Source: Polyangiaceae bacterium
GTDB lineage: Bacteria; Myxococcota_A; Polyangia; Polyangiales; Polyangiaceae
DNA length: 33,018 nt
Direction: 5' to 3'
Assembly: GCA_035063585.1 (NCBI GenBank)
Contig: JAPSGB010000048.1
Coordinates: 1 to 33,018, forward strand
The translations under genes were made by a program, and so were the position numbers. This document shows, in pieces, positions 26,425 through 33,018 of the stretch (position 1 is the stretch's first letter; each line of letters opens with the position of its first letter). The notes beneath the pieces were generated by a model, which made no database searches, was not told the DNA's origin, and saw only the letters and a list, made by a program, of their open reading frames with translations.

Positions 26425-27027
26425 TCAGGCGGAAGTTGGGTCGGTCCGGCGCGGAAGCTCGCTGCTCGGCTCGCCCAGCCGGGCGCTCGCGAGCGCCGTA
26501 TAGACGCTGCCGGCGGGCCGGAGCTCCGAGCGAAAGAGCGCGAGCTCCTCGAGCACGAGCGCGCCGTCGAGCCGTGGGCGGTCGGGCGCTACTTCGAGGC
26601 TGGCGTGCCCTCGGAGCCGCGCGAGCGTGACGTGCGGGCGGTACTCGCGCGCTTCCGGCGAGATCCCGAACGCCTCGACGCCGCGCGCCACGCGACTCGC
26701 CAGCGTTCGGAGCGCGCCCTGGTGATCGTCGAGCTCGGCCACCACCAGTCGCGCTCGGGCGGGTGAGGGGAAGGCGGTCACCTGCCGCCACTCGGCCTCG
26801 ATGGGCGCCGCCTGGCCGGCGAGCTCGCGCGCGAGCGCGGCGAGCGCGGGCACGAGCTCGGGCGCGACCGAGCCGAGAAAGGCGAGCGTGACGTGCAGGT
26901 TCGCGGGCTCGACCCGTCGGGCCCGGGTGCCGAGCTCGCGCGCGAGCGCGGCTTGGAGGCCGACGAGCGCCCTCCGCCCGGGCTCGGGGAGCGTGAGCGC
27001 GAAGAACAGGCGCGGGCGTTCGCTCAC
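26425..27027 (-). CDS. thpR: RNA 2',3'-cyclic phosphodiesterase (2H family)
   Basis: RLFFAL, two HxT motifs (NLHVTLAFLG, YRPHVTLAR), LFRSEL..GSVY; GTG start overlaps the cinA stop. Confidence 0.9.
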   Translation of the reverse strand: MSERPRLFFALTLPEPGRRALVGLQAALARELGTRARRVEPANLHVTLAFLGSVAPELVPALAALARELAGQAAPIEAEWRQVTAFPSPARARLVVAELDDHQGALRTLASRVARGVEAFGISPEAREYRPHVTLARLRGHASLEVAPDRPRLDGALVLEELALFRSELRPAGSVYTALASARLGEPSSELPRRTDPTSA

Positions 27028-28268
27028 GGCTCGCGCCCGTGCAGCAGCACCTGGCGCACCAGCGCGAGCCCACTGAACGCCGCGACCCGCTGCACCTGAC
27101 CGCGCGAGCCAGGCCAGAAGAGCTGGCGGGCGGTCGTTCGCTCCGGCGTCGCGACCGCGTAGTGGACCAGCCCGACCGGCTTCTCGTCCGTGCCGCCGGT
27201 CGGGCCTGCGACGCCGGTGAGGGCGAGCGCGACCTCGACGCCGAGCACGGCCCGCGCACCTTCGGCCATGCGGCACGCGACCTCGGCGCTCACCGCGCCG
27301 TGCTCGCGGAGGAGCTCGGCCGGGACGCCGAGCACGGCCTCCTTCACCTGGTTCGCGTAGCTGACCACGCCGCCGGCGAAGTACGCGCTCGCGCCGCTCC
27401 GCTCGGTGACGAGCGCGGAGACGAGCCCTCCGGTGCAGGACTCCGCGAGCCCGAGCCGGAGCCCGCGCTCGGCGAGGAGCGCGCCCACCGCCTCGCTCAG
27501 GGTCGCGTCGCCCTCGCCGAACACCACGTCCGCACCGAGCCGGCTTCGCGCCGCGTCGGCAGCCCCCCGGGCTCGCTGCCGGGCCGCCTCCGGGGAGGCG
27601 GCTCGGGCGAGGAACTTCACCTCGATTTCCGGGAAGTGAACCCGATAGCCGACCGTGACGCCGTGCTCCGCTTCGACGCCGGCGAGCGCGTCGTTCACCG
27701 CGGACTCAGTCATCCCAAAGGTCTGCAGCCGGACCTGGAAAGAACGCTCGGTGACGAGCGCCGCAGCGCTCGGCAACACGTGCTCGCGGTACATCGCGCG
27801 CATCTCGCGCGGCACGCCCGGCATGAAGAAGGCCTCGGCCACGCCGATGTGGACGGCGAAGCCCGGCGCGGTGCCGCGCGCGTTCGGCAACACCCGCGCG
27901 CCTCGCGGAAAATCCGCCTGCTTCTCGTTGCTCGCGGCCACCGCGCGGCCGAGCCGCGCCATCCGCGCGCGGATCACCTCGAGCGAGGTCGGATCGCGCT
28001 CGAGCGGCGCCTCGAGGAGCTGCGCGACCGCGGCGCTCGTCAGATCGTCGGTGGTCGGCCCGAGTCCGCCCGTGCACACGATGAGCCGGTGCGCGCCGCC
28101 GAGGCGCCGGAGGGTCTCGACGATCCGGGACACGTCGTCCGGGACCGTCTCCTGCGCGGTGACCTCGAGCCCGGCTTCGGTGAGCGCCTCGCCGAGCCAG
28201 CTCGCGTTGGTGTTCACGATCTCACCACGGGTGAGCTCGGTTCCGACGGAGAGGATCGCGACCGACAT
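27024..28268 (-). CDS. cinA: Competence/damage-inducible protein A (MoCF-like plus PncC NMN deamidase domain)
   Basis: SVGTEL..GEIVNTN, TGGLGPTTDDLT, GTAPG, PGVPREM, AESCTGG, GVAGPTGG..KPVG. Confidence 0.94.
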   Translation of the reverse strand: MSVAILSVGTELTRGEIVNTNASWLGEALTEAGLEVTAQETVPDDVSRIVETLRRLGGAHRLIVCTGGLGPTTDDLTSAAVAQLLEAPLERDPTSLEVIRARMARLGRAVAASNEKQADFPRGARVLPNARGTAPGFAVHIGVAEAFFMPGVPREMRAMYREHVLPSAAALVTERSFQVRLQTFGMTESAVNDALAGVEAEHGVTVGYRVHFPEIEVKFLARAASPEAARQRARGAADAARSRLGADVVFGEGDATLSEAVGALLAERGLRLGLAESCTGGLVSALVTERSGASAYFAGGVVSYANQVKEAVLGVPAELLREHGAVSAEVACRMAEGARAVLGVEVALALTGVAGPTGGTDEKPVGLVHYAVATPERTTARQLFWPGSRGQVQRVAAFSGLALVRQVLLHGREP

Positions 28269-28320
28269 GACGCGATGCTACCAGTTGACGAGCGCGCGAG
28301 CCGGCGAGACCCTCGCTCGC

Positions 28321-29103
28321 ATGAGGCTGAGCTCGCTCATCGTGGTCTCCGCGCTCGCTGCCGGGTGCGGCGGCGAGGGCGCCTCGCAGGGCGGCGCGAG
28401 CGGGTCGGGCGGCGCGAGCGGGTCGGGCGGCGCGTCGAGCGGGTTGGGCGGCGCGAGCGGGTCGGGCGGCGCGTCGAGCGGGGGGAGCTGCGAGCCTCCG
28501 GAGGACTACACGGGAGACGCGACCTACTACGATTTTGCCGACGGAAGCGGGGCCTGCAGCTTCGATCCCACCCCGAACGATCTGATGGTGGCCGCCTTGA
28601 ATGCGCCGGATTGGGCCGGCTCGGCCCTCTGCGGCGCGTGCGCCGCGGTGACTGGCCCGAAGGGCACGGTCACGCTTCGCATCGTCGACCTCTGTCCCGA
28701 GTGCAAGCACGGCGACCTCGATCTCTCGCCGGTCGCGTTCGACCGCATCGCGGAGCGCTCCGCGGGGCGCGTCCGGATCACCTGGAAGCTGGTCGCCTGC
28801 CACGTCGAAGGGCCGATCGCCTATAAGTTCAAGGAGGGCTCGAACCAGTGGTGGACGGCGGTGCAGCTTCGAAATCTCCGCTACCCTGTCAGCAAGCTCG
28901 AGTTTCAACAAGGAAACGAACCCTTCGTGAGCGTGCCGCGGGAGAGCTACAACTACTTCGTGCAGGCCTCCGGGATGGGGCCGGGCCCGTATCGGTTCCG
29001 CGTGACCGACCGCTACGGCCACGTGCTCGAAGACGACGGGATCCCGTTCGAGGAGGGCGGCGTGAAGAGCGGCGCCCTCCAGCTGCCCGAGTGCGCGCCC
29101 TGA
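28321..29103 (+). CDS. Expansin-like (EXLX1-type) lipoprotein
   Basis: Lipobox AAGC; GGASGS repeats; GDATYY..GACS, CGAC, IVDLCPEC, LDLS..AF (DPBB domain); KEGSNQWW, YNYF (CBM63-like domain). Confidence 0.9.
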   Translation: MRLSSLIVVSALAAGCGGEGASQGGASGSGGASGSGGASSGLGGASGSGGASSGGSCEPPEDYTGDATYYDFADGSGACSFDPTPNDLMVAALNAPDWAGSALCGACAAVTGPKGTVTLRIVDLCPECKHGDLDLSPVAFDRIAERSAGRVRITWKLVACHVEGPIAYKFKEGSNQWWTAVQLRNLRYPVSKLEFQQGNEPFVSVPRESYNYFVQASGMGPGPYRFRVTDRYGHVLEDDGIPFEEGGVKSGALQLPECAP

Positions 29104-29116
29104 TGGCGCGCGAGCG

Positions 29117-29986
29117 CTAGCGCGCATCGTAGGCGCACCGGAAACCAACATCGGGCGCCGCGCCGTCCGCGTCGCGGGCCGACCAGCTCTTCAGCTCGGC
29201 GGCGACCGTCGAGCGGTACGAGCCGCCGCGCGCGGCGAAGTGACCGCCGGGCTCGGTCGTCCATTCGGCCACGTTACCGGAGAGATCGAGCGCGCCCTCC
29301 GGCGTCCGGCCGTCGGGGCGCGCGCCGGCAAGCTCGGGTCCGGTCGCGCCGCGCGCGCAGGGCCCGCGCTCGAGCCCGAAGGCGGCGCGCCGGCACACGA
29401 GCCCGGTCGCGCCCCACGGGAAGCGGCGCGCCTCGGCGCCCATGGCCGCGAAGAGCCACTCATCGCCGGTCGGCAAGCGACCGCCCGCGAAGGCGCAGTA
29501 ACGCGCTGCCTCGGCCGGCGTCACGCCCGTCACCGGTCGCCCGGGCTCGGTGACGGCGGTCGCGCGGCAGCGCCGCGCCGAGACGCATCCGAGCCACGCC
29601 TCGACGGTCACCTCGGTCGCGTCGAGCGTGAAGCGGCGCGCCGTGAGCTCGCGCGGCGCGACCGTCCCCTCCGCTTCCCAATCGCTCGGACCGAGCGTGA
29701 GCTCTCCGCCTGCATACTCGATGCGATGCGGATCGGCGGCGCACCCCGGGGAGGGGAGCGCGGCGACGTGCATCCCCTCCGCGCAGCTCCTCGGCGCGCC
29801 GGCGCAGCGCGCCGCGTCGAGCGACTGCCCACCACCGCAACAGCGCGCGCCCGCCACGGCGAGCCCGGGCGGACAGCGCGCGGGCTCGCTCCGCTCCTCG
29901 CGCGCGACGCGCACCACGGCGACGAGGGCGATGAGGCTCACCCCGGCTCCGAGCGCTGAGAATACGATGAGCTTCGCGCGGTTCAC
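29117..29986 (-). CDS. Formylglycine-generating enzyme (FGE-sulfatase/SUMF1) family protein
   Basis: FTLDATEVT, PVTGVT..A..YC, GRLPTGDEW, FPWG, DLSGNVAEW, RGGSY, GFRC. Confidence 0.9.
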   Translation of the reverse strand: MNRAKLIVFSALGAGVSLIALVAVVRVAREERSEPARCPPGLAVAGARCCGGGQSLDAARCAGAPRSCAEGMHVAALPSPGCAADPHRIEYAGGELTLGPSDWEAEGTVAPRELTARRFTLDATEVTVEAWLGCVSARRCRATAVTEPGRPVTGVTPAEAARYCAFAGGRLPTGDEWLFAAMGAEARRFPWGATGLVCRRAAFGLERGPCARGATGPELAGARPDGRTPEGALDLSGNVAEWTTEPGGHFAARGGSYRSTVAAELKSWSARDADGAAPDVGFRCAYDAR

Positions 29987-30050
29987 CGGCGAGGGACACT
30001 ACGCCCGGGCTTCGCGCCGGACCAACAATCCCTCCCCGGTCGCCATCGCG

Positions 30051-30611
30051 TTCACCGGTGATGGTGATCGCGAGCTCGGTCGTCCACGTGAAGTCGGTCT
30101 GCGCCGCTTCACCCGGCCGGTGCTGCTGCGCGAGGACGACCTCCTTGTCCGTGCCCCGCGCGGCGCGCCACACCTTGACCCGACGCTGCAGCGTCCGCAG
30201 TTGCCCCGGCTCGTACCGGCCTGGGTACTTCTCGACGAGCAGCTCGAAGAGCGTCTTGGCTTCGAGCGTCGGAGCCTCGGCGAGCCGCGCCTCGACCTCC
30301 GGCCAGTGCTCGTCGAACGGATCTTCCCGCGTCCGCCAGTCCCGCTCCTTGGCCAGCTCCGACGGTAGCTGGCCAGCGTCGACGTACTTCCGCCCTGTCT
30401 TTCGATCCATCCCGGCGCGCATCGACGCCAGGCCAATCTGCCCATGTTTGCTCATTTGTTCCATCAATCTCCTCACTTGGGCGTTGGTCGCCGACCGCAC
30501 GCAGCCTGCCTCTCCATCCCGTGGAGGGCCGGCGCCCGGCCGACCAATCGCGCCGCCCAGGATGGGGCGATCTAGTTGTCGTCGACGGGGAGATGTAATT
30601 GTCGTTCACCA
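30051..30611 (-). mobile_element. istA: Truncated IS21-family element: intact left end and first ~150 codons of istA
   Basis: Terminal TG at 30611 with two 23-bp subterminal repeats (30564-30586, 30587-30609). IstA motifs MDRKTGRKY, WRTREDPF, GQLRTLQRRV, PGEAAQTDFT; similarity ends at ITGE; no istB. Confidence 0.88.
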
Positions 30612-30806
30612 CTGCGGGTGCGTTCGGATAGCCCTCCGCCGCGCGGTGCCTTCCAGGTGCGACTCCGCGCGCAGCGTGTCGACGATCGCGGCGTACATGC
30701 CGTAACGTACCGACACTGTTGAGGCGCGTGATCGTGATGTCGATGGAGCGTGAGGCCCGCGTGCACTATGCTGCTGGCTGGTTTCTGGCTCGGAGGGTCT
30801 CGCATC

Positions 30807-31637
30807 ATGAAACAACTCGTGGTCGCGGTTGGGATACTTGCGCTCTTCAACGTTGCAGCTTGCAGTGGCGGCGAAGAACAGAAGAGCGGAGTCGGCGGGA
30901 GCGGTGGGGGTAGCGGCGCCGCGACGGGCGGCACCGCCGGCTCCGGTGCGACCGGCGGCTCGGCTGGTACCGGCGGCTCGGCTGGTATCGGCGGCGGTTC
31001 TGGCGGGATCAGCATGACCGACGCCGACATGCCGGCGGTGACGCCTTGCCCGAGCACGGCGCTGCTCACCGACACCGCGGCGTTTGCCACCTTGCAGACC
31101 GCCATGACGACCGGCGCCATCAGCTATCTCGACGTCCCGTACGACGGCTCCGACCCCGATATCCTCAAGAAGAAGTGCGGGCTCGAGGGGTTCTGGAACC
31201 CTGCCGAGAACGTGGACGCGATCCCGGTGAGCGGCGCACCGAACCTCGCGAGCATCATCGCGACGCAGCATGGCGGGATTTGCTCGGACGGATTCCAGAA
31301 CTTCGGCGTCGACGACGGCTTCCCGGTCGCCGGCATCTATCGCAAGGAGTTCAAGGCGACCGCTGGGGCGCTGACCTACCATGTGCGCGTGCGTGTCACC
31401 GCCAGCGGTTCCGCGGCGGGGAAGAAGTTCTCGTCGATCCCGCTCGCGGTCCCGGCGGACATCCAGACTGGTTTGGTGTACGAGGTGAACGGCGCGGCAG
31501 CAGCGCACGACGACCTGTGGAGCGCGCTCATCGGGGCGATGGCGGCGCCGGCGCCGCAAGCCAGCATCGACGCGAAGCACGCCGGGGCCGCGATCTTCAC
31601 CGCCAAGATCGAGCTGATTTGCGCCGTGCAGCTCTGA
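30807..31637 (+). CDS. Lipoprotein with Gly-rich linker, function unknown
   Basis: SD GGAGG; lipobox VAAC; GTGGSAG repeats; globular C-terminal region with four Cys. Confidence 0.8.
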   Translation: MKQLVVAVGILALFNVAACSGGEEQKSGVGGSGGGSGAATGGTAGSGATGGSAGTGGSAGIGGGSGGISMTDADMPAVTPCPSTALLTDTAAFATLQTAMTTGAISYLDVPYDGSDPDILKKKCGLEGFWNPAENVDAIPVSGAPNLASIIATQHGGICSDGFQNFGVDDGFPVAGIYRKEFKATAGALTYHVRVRVTASGSAAGKKFSSIPLAVPADIQTGLVYEVNGAAAAHDDLWSALIGAMAAPAPQASIDAKHAGAAIFTAKIELICAVQL

Positions 31638-32899
31638 CCCCGAGCGCGAGCAGCGCCGGCAGGAGCGTGAACTCGGCGAGCAGACCCGCACCCAGCCCGA
31701 GCGGGAGCAGCGCGCCAAGCTCGCGGTTCACCTGGAACCCGGAGCGCGCGAACGCGGCGAGGCACCCCGAGAGGAGCGCCGTGGTGGCGAGCACCGCGCC
31801 GGCGCTCCGCCGCGTCGCGGTTGAAAAGCGCATGTATAGCCGGCGACCGCTGGCACCTCGCGCCTCCCAGAGCAGGTGGATGGTGTCGTCCACGGTGAGC
31901 CCGAAGATCACCACCGGCAGACCGAGCAGGCCCAGCGACCACGGCACCCCCGCCAGCGCCATCACGCCCAGGGTGACGAGCACCGGCGCGACGTTGACGA
32001 CGACCGCACACGCGGTCGAGAAAGCTCGCCTGAAGACCAGCGCGAAGGTGAGCACGAGCAAGAGGACGTCGAGCGCCGCTCCCTGGACGATGCCATGGAT
32101 GCCTTCTCGCTCGGCCGCGTAGTAGACGAAGAACGGACCCGCGAAGCGGACCTCGTAGTCCTGGTGCACGGACGCGACGTAGTGCTCGATAAAGCGGAGC
32201 AGCCGCCCCTTGTCAGCATAGGACGTCCTCGCGAAGAGCACCTGCGCACGAGCTCGGCCGCGGGTCGGCTGGAGCCAGTGAGCCACGCGTACGTCCCGGA
32301 GCAAGGCCCCGCCTTCCGACCGACCGCGCTCGAGGCTCGCCAGGATCGACGCGGCCCGTGGCTCGCGCGCTGCCCACTCGTGGACGAGCGTGGCGGCGGA
32401 GAGCGACAAGCGAGTCTCGGGCAGCGTCGAGAGGTAGTCATGCAGGCCGATGGCCGCGAGCAGCAGCGGGCGCGCCTGTCTTGCGCGCTCGGTCCTGGCG
32501 ACCAGATGAACCTCGAGCGGCAGCAGGTCGGCGCCGAGCGCCGCCGGCAGCGCCGCGAGGTCCGCCTCGAACGCTCCACCCTGGCCGTCCGCAAACACGC
32601 GCGGGTAGCGCGACTCGACCCGGAGCCGTGGCAAGGCGCACGCCGCGATGAGCATCACGGCGAGCCAGCCACCCACCAGCCAGCGCGCCCGGCGCGCCGA
32701 CCAGATCACGGCGCGCCGTCCGAGCGCGGACGGCCACGCTGGCACCGGGCGCTGGTCTGGCAGCAGCCTGAGCAGCGGTCCGCCCAGCGTGAACGTGAGC
32801 GCGTAGGCGATGGCGGTCCCGAGCGCGCCCCAGGCGCCGACCGCCCGCAGCAGGGCCGGTCCGCTCGGCGCCGCCAGGGCGGCGAGGCTCACCGCGGTC
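31597..32899 (-). pseudogene. MMPL/RND-family transporter, 5'-truncated
   Basis: Multiple TM helices, GLTVDDTIHL, AGAVLATT, G....GLLAEFTL. Only the second half of the protein is present; sequence upstream of TTAVSL is antisense to a transposase. Confidence 0.7.
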
Positions 32900-33018
32900 G
32901 TGGACTCCGTGATGGGCTGGTACTGGCGCCACATGATCGCGCTCGGCTTCGCGGGCGGCAAGAGCGGCGCCGTCACCGTGACCCAGCGCGTCTCGAGCGA
33001 CCTGCGGCAGAATCCCCA
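32900..33018 (+). mobile_element. IS91-like (Y2/HUH) transposase internal fragment running off the window
   Basis: Plus strand reads VDSVMGWYWRHMIALGFAGGKSGAVTVTQRVSSDLRQNP(H), the GAVT..QR..S.L..NPH lead-in to the HUH motif. Confidence 0.7.

Noticed and set aside
29460..30500. 346-aa IstA fusion protein
   Set aside because: After ITGE the frame is out-of-frame read-through across the FGE gene, giving Arg-rich nonsense.
30612..30740. Possible gene remnant interrupted by IS21 (VSVRYGMYAAIVDTLRAESHLEG)
   Set aside because: No recognisable family, start or target-site duplication.

Overview
High-GC DNA whose gene content (several Gly-rich-linker lipoproteins, an FGE-sulfatase protein, an expansin) suggests a myxobacterium of the Polyangiaceae/Sorangium type; this is an inference. 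The left two-thirds is mostly core genome: ABC-F ATPase, KamA-family radical SAM enzyme, PPIase, pyrH, ccmF plus two accessory genes, dnaN-recF-gyrB, a lipoprotein and clpB. The 336-bp gap before dnaN has the architecture of a chromosomal replication origin (DnaA boxes, GC spacer, DnaA-trio-like triplets, AT-rich tract), yet there is no dnaA upstream and no gyrA after gyrB. The right third is an accessory mosaic of lipoproteins, a TlpA-like redoxin with a Fur/Zur-type operator, a methyltransferase, ggt, thpR-cinA, an expansin and an FGE-family gene. It is interleaved with relics that the ORF track hides: an M20 peptidase remnant, an internally deleted IS630, a possible IS66 piece, two IS91-like fragments (one truncating an MMPL gene) and a truncated IS21. 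I found no tRNA, rRNA or CRISPR array, and no complete new system that I can support with confidence. The best leads are the dnaA-less origin, the non-canonical Ccm accessory pair and the ABC-F leader.
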